Shown here: one piece after another, positions 9,413 through 18,400 of the stretch
Position numbering within the stretch: position 1 is the first letter of the stretch
How the letters are laid out: the number at the start of each line of letters is the position of its first letter
NCBI GenBank assembly: GCA_044342325.1
Contig: JBIIPZ010000025.1
Location: 1 to 47,667 of the forward strand
Direction: 5' to 3'
Length of the DNA: 47,667 nt
Origin: Terrimicrobiaceae bacterium
GTDB lineage: Bacteria > Verrucomicrobiota > Verrucomicrobiia > Chthoniobacterales > Terrimicrobiaceae
Notes under the pieces: generated by a model
Told to the model about the DNA's origin: nothing
The model's input: only the letters and a program-made list of their open reading frames with translations
The model's database searches: none
Program-made: the position numbers and the translations under genes

Positions 9413-10317
9413 TCGATTTCCTCGGATGCGGTGCGTTTGGATTTATTAAGGATACGCAATTGTTTCTCCTCGTAAACCACCAGCGAATCCGAAGGAACGC
9501 TTTGCATTAGGAAAACATTGGCACCGATGGTGCTACGATCACCGATTAAAGTCTCACCACCAAGAATTGTGGAATTCGGGTAAATGGTCACACGGTCTCC
9601 AACTTCGGGATGGCGCTTCCCGCCCTTCACGATTTGTCCGGAATCATCCTTGGCAAAGCTGCGGGCCCCGAGCGTCACGCCATGGTAGAGCTTCACGCGT
9701 TTGCCGATGCGGCATGTTTCGCCGATGACTACCCCGGTGCCGTGATCGATGAAAAAATACTCCCCGATTTCCGCGCCGGGATGGATATCGATACCGGTTC
9801 GCGTGTGGGCCCACTCGGTCATCATTCGCGGCAGAAGGGGCACGCCCTCGCGATAGAGCACATGGGCACACCGCTGGATCGCAATGGCCTCAAGAAAGGG
9901 GTAGGAAAGAATAATCTCCTCGCTGCTTACGGCGGCAGGATCGCCTTCATAGGCGGCAAGAATATCTGTTCTCAACAACTCCCGCACCGCAGGCATGCGA
10001 CCGAGAAAGCGCATCAGGACTTCCTTGGCGAGCGATGTCGGCGCTTGAGGATTTGTAACCAAAAGGCTTTTCCCAATCTGATCCTCAAACTGCTCCGCCA
10101 GAGCCCCGAGCCGTTCGCGTGTGATTAAGGCCAATTCGCTTTTGTGAATCGGCCGCTCATCATGAAAACCCGGAAATAAAAACTGAAGCAACTGTTCGCA
10201 GAGATTGTCCAGTGCCCGCTTGGAGGGCAGGTTGTGGCCGTCTGTATTATTCAAACCTCCAACCTCTTCGTAGGAGGCAAGAATCCCCTCTGCAATCTCA
10301 TCCAATCTGCGTTCCAT
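9400..10317 (-). CDS. cysE: Serine O-acetyltransferase
   Basis: GDPAA, TGIDIHPGAEIG, FFIDHGTGVVIGET, KRHP. Confidence 0.92.
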   Translation of the reverse strand: MERRLDEIAEGILASYEEVGGLNNTDGHNLPSKRALDNLCEQLLQFLFPGFHDERPIHKSELALITRERLGALAEQFEDQIGKSLLVTNPQAPTSLAKEVLMRFLGRMPAVRELLRTDILAAYEGDPAAVSSEEIILSYPFLEAIAIQRCAHVLYREGVPLLPRMMTEWAHTRTGIDIHPGAEIGEYFFIDHGTGVVIGETCRIGKRVKLYHGVTLGARSFAKDDSGQIVKGGKRHPEVGDRVTIYPNSTILGGETLIGDRSTIGANVFLMQSVPSDSLVVYEEKQLRILNKSKRTASEEIEWFI

Positions 10318-10403
10318 GGAGCGATACTATTCGGTCGGGGACGCGCTCTGCGAGCTATTTGGACGATGGAGAAGCAGTGCTTGCGTATTTTCCCGAACAA
10401 TAA

Positions 10404-10434
10404 AAAAACGCGCCGATTGTGTCGGCGCGTTTTT
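10404..10434. terminator. Intrinsic terminator downstream of rpmA (potentially bidirectional)
   Basis: AAAAACGCGCCGA-TTGTG-TCGGCGCGTTTTT perfect stem with A and T tails. Confidence 0.85.
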
Positions 10435-10459
10435 AAGATTTATTGAACTGCGTAACGAA

Positions 10460-10714
10460 TTAGTTCGCGGTAACTGGAACAACGTTCACACGGCGACCAT
10501 TGCGGTCAAATTTTACGTGGCCATCCACAAGTGCCCAGATCGTGTAGTCACGGCCGAGGCCGACATTGCTGCCGGGCTCGAATTTGGTTCCACGCTGGCG
10601 GAGGATGATGTTACCGGCGATGACGGACTCGCCGCCGAATTTTTTAACGCCAAGACGCTTGCTGATGCTGTCGCGTCCGTTTTTGACACTGCCTTGTCCT
10701 TTTTTATGAGCCAT
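10460..10714 (-). CDS. rpmA: 50S ribosomal protein L27
   Basis: [28 protein letters not shown]. Confidence 0.98.
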   Translation of the reverse strand: MAHKKGQGSVKNGRDSISKRLGVKKFGGESVIAGNIILRQRGTKFEPGSNVGLGRDYTIWALVDGHVKFDRNGRRVNVVPVTAN

Positions 10715-10720
10715 AAAAAG

Positions 10721-11038
10721 TTACTTAGTTGAGATGGATTCGATTTTGAGTGTGGTGAGACGGCGGCGGTGACCGACCGTGCGGTGATAGCCTTTACGGC
10801 GACGGAATTTGAAAGCGATGACCTTGTCGTCTTTGAATTGATCAACAACGGTCGCCTTTACGGTGGCACCATCCACGAAAGGTGCTCCAACGTGAAGGTT
10901 GCCGCCGTCCGAGACGAGCAGGACTTCAGAGATTTCAAGTGCCGCGCCGGGTTCGACGTCGAGTTTTTCGACTTCGATCTCATTGCCAGATTCAACGCGG
11001 TATTGTTTTCCGCCTGTTTGGATGACTGCGTATGCCAT
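10721..11038 (-). CDS. rplU: 50S ribosomal protein L21
   Basis: MAYAVIQTGGKQYRV...GHRR; start reassigned to ATG at 11038; canonical rplU-rpmA pair. Confidence 0.97.
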   Translation of the reverse strand: MAYAVIQTGGKQYRVESGNEIEVEKLDVEPGAALEISEVLLVSDGGNLHVGAPFVDGATVKATVVDQFKDDKVIAFKFRRRKGYHRTVGHRRRLTTLKIESISTK

Positions 11039-11068
11039 AAAGTATTTCCTATTGAAGAAGGGCCGAAC

Positions 11069-11096
11069 AAAATGAAGGGACAAAAGTATTTTGCAA
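11069..11096 (-). promoter_or_regulatory. Putative sigma-70 promoter of rplU-rpmA
   Basis: TTGCAA-N16-CATTTT on the minus strand upstream of rplU. Confidence 0.45.
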
Positions 11097-11130
11097 GCGT
11101 AAAAACGCCGAAGAGAAAAAAAGTTTGGAT

Positions 11131-12030
11131 ATGCCTGAAAAGAAAACGCGCGTTTTGATAGTTGGCTCCCAGGGGAGGCTTGCAGGTTCTCTGTTAAAAT
11201 GCTGGTCGAAATCCCACGAAGTAACCGGACTCGCTCGTCCAGCATTGGATGTTTCAGATTTAAATTCCTTGCCAAGGATACTCGGCGATCTGGAATTCGA
11301 TGTGCTCGTGAATGGCACAGGTCTTACCAATGTAGACCGCTGTGAATCCGCTCGTGAAGAGGCCCATATCGTCAACGCCCTTGCACCGGGAGTCCTGGCG
11401 GAATGCGCTTCCCAGCAAGGCGCCAGGCTCATTCATTTCAGCACGGACTATGTCTTCGACGGAAAAAAACGCGAAGCTTACAGTGAAGAAGACACACCCT
11501 CACCGCTTGGTTTCTACGGCACATCCAAGCTTGAGGGCGAGCGGCGTGTGCTGGAGCAGGATACTCGCCACATGGTAGTTCGGGTTTCGTGGGTTTTCGG
11601 CCCGGCCAAGCCATCGTTCGCAGATTCACTCATAGAACGCGCCATGCGAGAGGATCGCGTAGAAGCCATCGAGGATAAATTTTCCTGCCCCACATCGGCC
11701 GAAGACACAGCCAAGTGGCTGGAGTTTTTTTTGGAGTCCTCTGTTGAAGGAGGGCTTTATCACGCCTGTAACAGCGGTCAGTGCTCGTGGCGCGAGTATG
11801 GAGCAAAGGCTATTGAATTAGCCAGCGAGGCCGGCTTGGCGCTCAGGCCGAATCAGGTGGCACCGATCCGCCTCGCAGACATGAAACAATTCATTGCACC
11901 GCGCCCCGTTTTTTCGATGCTCTCCACCCGCAAGCTCACTGCTACGACTGGCATGCCGCCCCGACACTGGCACGAAGCCCTGCGCGAATACATTTTCAAA
12001 AAATATGCACCGATTTCATCTCCGACCTGA
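11131..12030 (+). CDS. rfbD: dTDP-4-dehydrorhamnose reductase
   Basis: GSQGRLA Rossmann start, HFSTDYVFDG, YGTSKLEGE, PRP. Confidence 0.9.
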   Translation: MPEKKTRVLIVGSQGRLAGSLLKCWSKSHEVTGLARPALDVSDLNSLPRILGDLEFDVLVNGTGLTNVDRCESAREEAHIVNALAPGVLAECASQQGARLIHFSTDYVFDGKKREAYSEEDTPSPLGFYGTSKLEGERRVLEQDTRHMVVRVSWVFGPAKPSFADSLIERAMREDRVEAIEDKFSCPTSAEDTAKWLEFFLESSVEGGLYHACNSGQCSWREYGAKAIELASEAGLALRPNQVAPIRLADMKQFIAPRPVFSMLSTRKLTATTGMPPRHWHEALREYIFKKYAPISSPT

Positions 12031-12745
12031 AAACTGGGAATCCGCCACACTCGACGCGGAAGAGTCCCACCATTGCCTCAATGTTCTCCGCCTCGCGGAG
12101 GGAGATCGCATCACGGTTTTTGATGGAGCTGGGCGCGAAGGGCAGGCCGTGATCGCATCCACCGCTGGATCGAAAGCAAAGTTGAAAATCTCCTCCACCG
12201 CGACAACGCCCCCCCCACCCTGCGCGATCACGCTCGCACAAGCCGTGCCGAAGGGAAAAAATATGGATCTCATCGTGCAAAAGGCCGTCGAGCTCGGCGC
12301 AGCACGCATCGTCCCACTCCTCTCGGACCGCACGGTGGTTCAGATCGACGCCAGCGAAGCCGCCAAGAAGCGTGAAAAATGGAGCGTCATCGCACTCGAG
12401 GCATGCAAGCAATGCGGCCAAAATCATCTTCCGGAAGTTGCCGATCCCGTCTCGCCAAAATCCTTTATCGAGCGTTTGGAAAAAGGCGACCTGCACCTCA
12501 TCGCTTCGCTTCAACCCGATGCGCGCCCGATTAAAACCGTCCTTGCCGAATATAGCAAAGCCCCGAAACGCGTGACTATTTTTGTTGGCCCAGAAGGGGA
12601 TTTCACACCCGCAGAAATCGCGCTCGCGAAGAGCCATGGGTGCCAACCAGTGACCCTCGGTCCCATCATACTCCGAACTGAAACGGCTGCGATTTACTGT
12701 CTCAGCGTGCTAGCACACGAACTATTCAGCCAGCCCCAGGCGTAG
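12005..12745 (+). CDS. rsmE: 16S rRNA m3U1498 methyltransferase
   Basis: HCLNVLRL, QKAVELG, EACKQCG, VGPEGDF, LGPIILRTETA; start at ATG 12005. Confidence 0.95.
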   Translation: MHRFHLRPENWESATLDAEESHHCLNVLRLAEGDRITVFDGAGREGQAVIASTAGSKAKLKISSTATTPPPPCAITLAQAVPKGKNMDLIVQKAVELGAARIVPLLSDRTVVQIDASEAAKKREKWSVIALEACKQCGQNHLPEVADPVSPKSFIERLEKGDLHLIASLQPDARPIKTVLAEYSKAPKRVTIFVGPEGDFTPAEIALAKSHGCQPVTLGPIILRTETAAIYCLSVLAHELFSQPQA

Positions 12746-13154
12746 GCGGAGGCTCGCCAAGCAGTGGAGGCAGGGGTTCAGGAGTCGACTCGGGCTCGAT
12801 CAGCTCAGGTGTTGGACTCGGCTTTGACAAGGGCCGAACTGCAGGCGTTGGACTTGACCGAATTAATTCGGGACGCTTCAAAAGCGGCTGCAAATAAAAC
12901 CAAGCCACGGCAAGGATCACAGGCCAAAGAATCGCAATGAATGAAACAATCAATGCCAGAGAGGCCTTTCGCGAAACAGCACCCATTTGCAACCGCGCAA
13001 GTTCCCGCTCCTTCTCGGCAATCAATTCGACGCAGGCAAGCCTCTGAGCAGACCGCTCGCGAAACGTCGGGGCTATAGTCTTTAGCCTCTCCAGCGAATA
13101 CTGGGAGAGACCAGCACGGGCATTATCAACAAGCTCAAATTCCTGATCGTCCAT
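12726..13154 (-). CDS. Hypothetical single-pass membrane protein with Pro-rich C-terminus
   Basis: 142-aa ORF with TM segment LALIVSFIAILWPVILAVAWFYL and a PTP/PEP-rich tail. Confidence 0.65.
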   Translation of the reverse strand: MDDQEFELVDNARAGLSQYSLERLKTIAPTFRERSAQRLACVELIAEKERELARLQMGAVSRKASLALIVSFIAILWPVILAVAWFYLQPLLKRPELIRSSPTPAVRPLSKPSPTPELIEPESTPEPLPPLLGEPPPTPGAG

Positions 13155-13206
13155 CGTTAGAGCAAATCAAGCAGCCCAGGACAACTGGGCGCAAAGGTTT
13201 TTTAGT

Positions 13207-13242
13207 AAAAAACAAGAGGCACTCCCTCGCGGGAGTGCCTCT
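13207..13242 (-). terminator. Intrinsic terminator of the flagellin gene
   Basis: AGAGGCACTCCC-TCGC-GGGAGTGCCTCT 12-bp stem, followed on the minus strand by TGTTTTTT. Confidence 0.88.
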
Positions 13243-13278
13243 GAATCATTTGATATCAATCTTGGCTTGGTGCTACGC

Positions 13279-14163
13279 TTAGCTGATTAAGCGAAGGATC
13301 GACTGAGTCGATTGGTTCGCCTGAGCGAGCATCGCGGTTCCAGCCTGCTGCAGGATATTAAACCGGGCAAGCTTCGTGCTCTCGTCGGCGACATCCACAT
13401 CGATGATGCGGCTGTTTGCGGCCTCGAGGTTGGTTTTATTCACTGCGAGCATGTCTGCAGCGAAGGTCAACCGCGACTGCTCGGCACCATTGTTGGCACG
13501 GAGGGTTGCGAGGTTTTGAATCGCTGTCTGGATGTAACCAACGGCATCACGGGCATTGTCCGTTGTGCTGATATCCATGTAACTGCTTGTCGAGGCGGTG
13601 TCGGTGATATCAAAAACAATCTGGTTCAAATCCACTTGCGTAATGCCAATGGTCTGATTGCCATCATGGGAGGCCACGACGACCAATGTTGGATTTGTGT
13701 CCATATCGAGCCCGTCTGCAGAAGCAGAACCACCAGCCGCAACACCCTCACTAAACAGGCTGATCCCATTGAACTCTTCGTCCAACATCAAGTTGAGCTG
13801 GCCCTTCAATTGGGTCAGTTCCGTGTTGTAGAGAGCGAGGTCGCTGGTGGATTTGGTCACGTCTTGAGCGAGAGTTGCGAGTTCGGACATGCGGTTGAGG
13901 ATTTTATCCGCTGTTTTGATGACTCCGTCCTGTGTTTGCAGGAAGGCGATTGAATTATTGACATTTGCCAAGGTGGCATCGGTGCGGCGGATGGAAGCGC
14001 TGAGCTTCATCGACACAGCGAGACCGCCGGCGTCGTCATAGGATGAGTTGATACGTGAACCACTGGAAAGGCGGTTGAGGCTTCTCTGGAGATTGACGTT
14101 TGTATTGCTGAGGTTGTAAGCGGCTGATGTGGCTGCTGAATTGGTGTTGATTACGACTGACAT
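13279..14163 (-). CDS. fliC: Flagellin
   Basis: N-terminal INTN..LQRSLNRLSSGSRIN..DDAGGL; C-terminal RANNGAEQSRL, SRIIDVDVADE, ILQQAGTAMLAQAN. Confidence 0.95.
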   Translation of the reverse strand: MSVVINTNSAATSAAYNLSNTNVNLQRSLNRLSSGSRINSSYDDAGGLAVSMKLSASIRRTDATLANVNNSIAFLQTQDGVIKTADKILNRMSELATLAQDVTKSTSDLALYNTELTQLKGQLNLMLDEEFNGISLFSEGVAAGGSASADGLDMDTNPTLVVVASHDGNQTIGITQVDLNQIVFDITDTASTSSYMDISTTDNARDAVGYIQTAIQNLATLRANNGAEQSRLTFAADMLAVNKTNLEAANSRIIDVDVADESTKLARFNILQQAGTAMLAQANQSTQSILRLIS

Positions 14164-14260
14164 ATCCTTTGTCTTTATGTGTTGCGAAGTCCGTCTCGCT
14201 GTCGGGCCGCTTTTGTTCAGTGTTCGACCTCACTGGGGGAGTTTATCTCCGTTGGTTGAA

Positions 14261-14288
14261 GTATCGGCTGGCCTCTGAAAGAACTTTA
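14261..14288 (-). promoter_or_regulatory. Sigma-28 (FliA/SigD) promoter of flagellin
   Basis: Minus strand TAAAGTTC-N12-GCCGATAC, equivalent to TAAA-N16-GCCGATAC, matching the TAAA-N15/16-GCCGATAA consensus, ~100 nt upstream of fliC. Confidence 0.85.
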
Positions 14289-14350
14289 GAAATATTTTTA
14301 TTTAGCTCGGAGTGTTGGAAAGAATACTCGCTTCGGGCCATACTTGAATA

Positions 14351-15451
14351 ATGGATGAATCCCTTCCCGATATCTCTCTGGCTCTGATCGCGCGAGATGA
14401 GGAAGCTCACATTGAAAGGTGCCTGAAATCCGCATCAGGACTTGCTGCGGAGATGATCGTTGTCGACACGGGATCGACTGACAGAACAAAAGAAATCGCC
14501 ATCACATGCGGAGCGAGAGTTTTGAATTTCCCGTGGATCGACGACTTCAGCGCCGCGCGCAATCACGCTCTGGAGGCGGCTCGCGGGCGATGGATTCTTG
14601 TTTTGGATGCGGATGAATACCTACCTCCTGCGAGTATTGAAGTCATTCGGGCGCTGACATCGAGTGCCGATGCAGCGGATCGCGCTTATCATTTAGTCAA
14701 TAAAAGCTCAACGGATGAGGGGCGCACGGGCATTTCGGGGTTGATTGTGAGACTATTTCCAAACGATCCGCGTGTGCGATACGAGTGGCCTGTTCATGAG
14801 CAAGTTGTCACGAGCCTGCAGCGCGCGAACATCCCGATCGAAAATACCGGGATCGAAATCATTCATACCGGCTACTCAAGTCCAGAAGTGAACGCCACAA
14901 AGCAGCAACGCAATCTGCGGATTCTTGAAAAGATGACCACGCAAGCAGAGGGAGCACACCCGATGGCATGGTTCCTCAAAGGGGGCGCATTGCTTGACCT
15001 GGAGCGGACTGACGAGGCTCTGGCGGCCTATTCGCAATGCGCGGGCATGACGCATTCTGGCGATAGCATTCATGAGGCGGCTTTGGTGCGCCGGGCATCG
15101 TGTTTGGCTAATTTAAAACGCTTCGATGAAATTCGCGAAATTGACCCGGCAAACCAAGAATCGGACTGGCATCCGGAACTCCTCCTCCTTCGAGGACAAG
15201 CTGAGATCGCCCTTGGCGACATACGGACTGGATTGGTTTTTCTCCATCGCGTTTTTGGATCTCCATCGCTCCCACGAATCCCGGCTTATGACCCAATACG
15301 AGTAAAAGTCCGCGCCCTGATGTCCATCGCCGCACTCTGGGAGAAATCCGCTCCCTCACGAGCAGTTGCTATGCTTCGATTGGCTTCGCAATCGATTCAA
15401 ACGGGACGCGAGATCAGTCTATCCGAGGTCTTGGCCTCGGAAGAAATCTAA
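14351..15451 (+). CDS. Glycosyltransferase family 2 with TPR-like C-terminus (candidate flagellin glycosyltransferase)
   Basis: IARDEE, VVDTGSTDRT, WIDDFSAARN, LDADE (DxD), VHEQ, IIHTGY; divergent from fliC. Confidence 0.85.
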   Translation: MDESLPDISLALIARDEEAHIERCLKSASGLAAEMIVVDTGSTDRTKEIAITCGARVLNFPWIDDFSAARNHALEAARGRWILVLDADEYLPPASIEVIRALTSSADAADRAYHLVNKSSTDEGRTGISGLIVRLFPNDPRVRYEWPVHEQVVTSLQRANIPIENTGIEIIHTGYSSPEVNATKQQRNLRILEKMTTQAEGAHPMAWFLKGGALLDLERTDEALAAYSQCAGMTHSGDSIHEAALVRRASCLANLKRFDEIREIDPANQESDWHPELLLLRGQAEIALGDIRTGLVFLHRVFGSPSLPRIPAYDPIRVKVRALMSIAALWEKSAPSRAVAMLRLASQSIQTGREISLSEVLASEEI

Positions 15452-15469
15452 CCAACTCCTGCACAAAAA

Positions 15470-18400
15470 TCAGAAACTCTGTGTTTCGTTATTCTCGGCC
15501 GTGTTCAAGATCGATGCGATCCGCTTTACGGCGGGGGTTGACAGCATTTCCGCCCATGAAGAGCGGGTTATTTCAACGGCGGCGCTTGGTAGAATTTCCT
15601 GCCAAGCATTGGTCGATTCTGAAAGATCGGCGGGAAGAATGATTGTGGCCGGAATGTCGCAAACAGGAAATCGATAGTTCTTAAGAATCGACTCATGCCG
15701 CGCAGCCACCGCCGTGGATGCAGGCTGGGGTTCCATCCGGGAGATCGGGGCTGAACGCTTGAGAGCCTTTTTCATCGAATCCAGCCACCCTCGGGGTTTG
15801 TCCGTGTGTGGAGGCAGGGAACCGATCAAGACCACGCGAGGCAGGGAACGCCCAGCCGCTTGAAGTTGGCGGGCCATTTCCAAGGCCACGATTGCACCGA
15901 ATCCAAAACCCGCGAGCTGAAAATCCTGCAGCGGTGCATCCTCAAACAAAGCCGCGATGTATTGCGCAGCAGCGCTTTCAATCGAGGGATGGCACGCCTC
16001 GGGATTCAGCGCCCCCCGCGCGGCGATACCAATCACCCGACGGGAATTGCCAAGAGCCCCGAGAAGGTCCGAGTAGGAGTCCGTGAAACCATCCGCCGGA
16101 TGAACAAGAACCAGAGTGCTACCAATACTTCTTGGGCACATTTCAACGAGTGGTGTCCAAGCGGATTGAACTGGACGCTTGGCTGCAGGGGCAGCTTGAA
16201 GAGCTTTTGCCACTTGGGCTGCGGGCGGAGTGCTTGTCGACTGAACCGGCTGAGGAAGGGCGGACTCATCAACCCAACCGGCGCGGTTAAGAAGCCACTG
16301 CTTGACACAGACCGCTCCGGAGACCGGATTGTCCGCAAGAGCGTAAATCGCTTGTGCCCCGACGAAGAAATCCAACACCTGAGGTAAAACATCGCGAGCT
16401 GACTGAGCCTGGGCTGCCGAGGGAATGCCAAGAACCTTACGGGATCCACTCTCCAAATACACATCGCCATCCCAATCCCTCCAAGCATTGAGCCCGGTAT
16501 CCAAGCCAAGCCTTCCACCAGCATCCGGCAGGTTTTTCCATCCTGGGAATTTCAGGGAGAGGCGTCCGACATAGCCGGGGGGAACTTCAAGTCCATCCGC
16601 ATCGGCTATGACTGCTTCGCATTCGGCGGATGGTTTTCCAACCGAGAGGCGCAGAGTGTTTTTGCGAACAATTCCTGCAAGACCGAGTCCACAGAGCGAG
16701 GCGGGGCTGAAAAAAACAACCTGTCGCAGTGGATGAGTTGTTTGTTTTTGCCAGATAGATGCAGCCGAAAAAAGTGGTGAACCGACTTCCACCGCCACAC
16801 ACCTGACTGACGGAGAGCAAGGTTCGCCTTCGTGTCCCCAATCCGCAGCTTGGTTCGCCCACTCCGGAGTAGTGAGGCGCAGATGGGTAACGGGAGCCGC
16901 AGCAGAGTCCACCATATCGTAGCCGGCAACATAAGCTGTCCCGCCAGAAAGAAGAGGAATGAGCCATTCATCAAAAAACGCCCCCCCGCCGGGCATGGAG
17001 CGGACGAGGAATGAATGACCGGGCTGAAAATCCAAAACTCTGGCACCTTCGAGTGCTGAAGAAACCAGCATGCTGTGTGTCAGCGCACGAACCATGGGTG
17101 GGGCGCCATCCGAATGCCCCGGCATGGTGGCGGCGAGTTCGTCGGGGCCGATATTTCTGGGCTCGGCGGGTGCGGGTTCCAATGTTTCCCAATCCTGATC
17201 GATGGTGATGCGGCGGCGTGTGCCGGCATCGATAGCTGCTGAACTGGCGCCATCGCAAAAGACCAGAGCGACATCGTGAGCGGCAAGTGTCGACTCAACC
17301 CAATCAGCAGGAGCTGTCGGATCAATGGCGAGGCAGGAATTTCCAGCCTTCCAAGCGCCGAGCATGGCCACACTGATCCAAGCCGAAGGGGAGAGAAAGA
17401 GAGCGGCATGCCACCCGCCGGCGAGACCGGTTTGAGCGAGGTGAGCGGCGAGTTTGTCCGAGAGGGCATCCAACTCAGCATAGGTCATTTCATAATCGCC
17501 AAATTTGACGGCAACAGCCCCACTGTCTCGTTGAACGACCTTGCGGAAAGCCTCAACAATCGAAGCTGGTTGCTGGCGAATCTCAGGCCCGCGCGACCAT
17601 TCACGGAGCTGAAGAATTTCGTCGGGCAAAAGAATTGGCATGCGGTTCACTGGCTTGGCGAGGTTCTCGGACAGAGACCCGATAATCTCAATCAGACGGG
17701 AAAGGAAATCCTTCAGGACCGCTTCGGATCCGAAAGAACCGGTGAGAGAAAGCTCCAAGCGAGGTCCAGGGCGGGCCTCAAGCACAAGACCCTGCAGGGT
17801 GGTTTGCTGGAGTTGGGCGTCGAAATTGATCCACCGTGGCAGAGCGGTGTGAATGATGTCGTTGATGGATGATCCCCGCCAAGCGAAGGTCACCGGTGTA
17901 TCCTGCTGGGTGAAATCCAATCCGGCACTGCGCAAAGCCTCATCTCCCTCGATCCAGATGTTCTCGGACATCGCATCAGTCAGCGCCTGTTCGGCATCAA
18001 GCCAGTCGCCAACGGATTCGTTCCAGGAGTGGACCACGGGAAGCCAGTTTTGAAAAAAACCGGCCTCGGTGGATTCACCACGGGCGTCGAACAGGGTGAG
18101 CATGACATTGCCGGAGGCTCCGAATCGGCGCAGAAGGAGGGACCACAGGCATCGCAGAGCGAGACTTTCTTCGAGATCGTGATCGAGGCAGAATTTCGAG
18201 AAGGCGGATGTTTTATCCCGGTTCAGCAGGAGCGAGGCACGAACCTGCTCCCCGTTTCCGAAGCGGGGTTCCAAGCGCAATGGGGCCTCGGCATTTTTGA
18301 GAAAATCCGTCCAACCTTTGGGCTTGAGATACTCTGGGAGATTTCCCACAGGCGACAAAGGCGCCTGCCCAAGCGTGAGCAGCAAATCCAAAAGGACTCG

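Noticed and set aside
10721..11275. N-terminally extended ORF-track calls (rplU; also rsmE, eda, kamA, tatA, the EEP nuclease and the C-N hydrolase)
   Set aside because: The extensions overlap neighbouring genes or promoters and lack family similarity; starts were reassigned to downstream codons.
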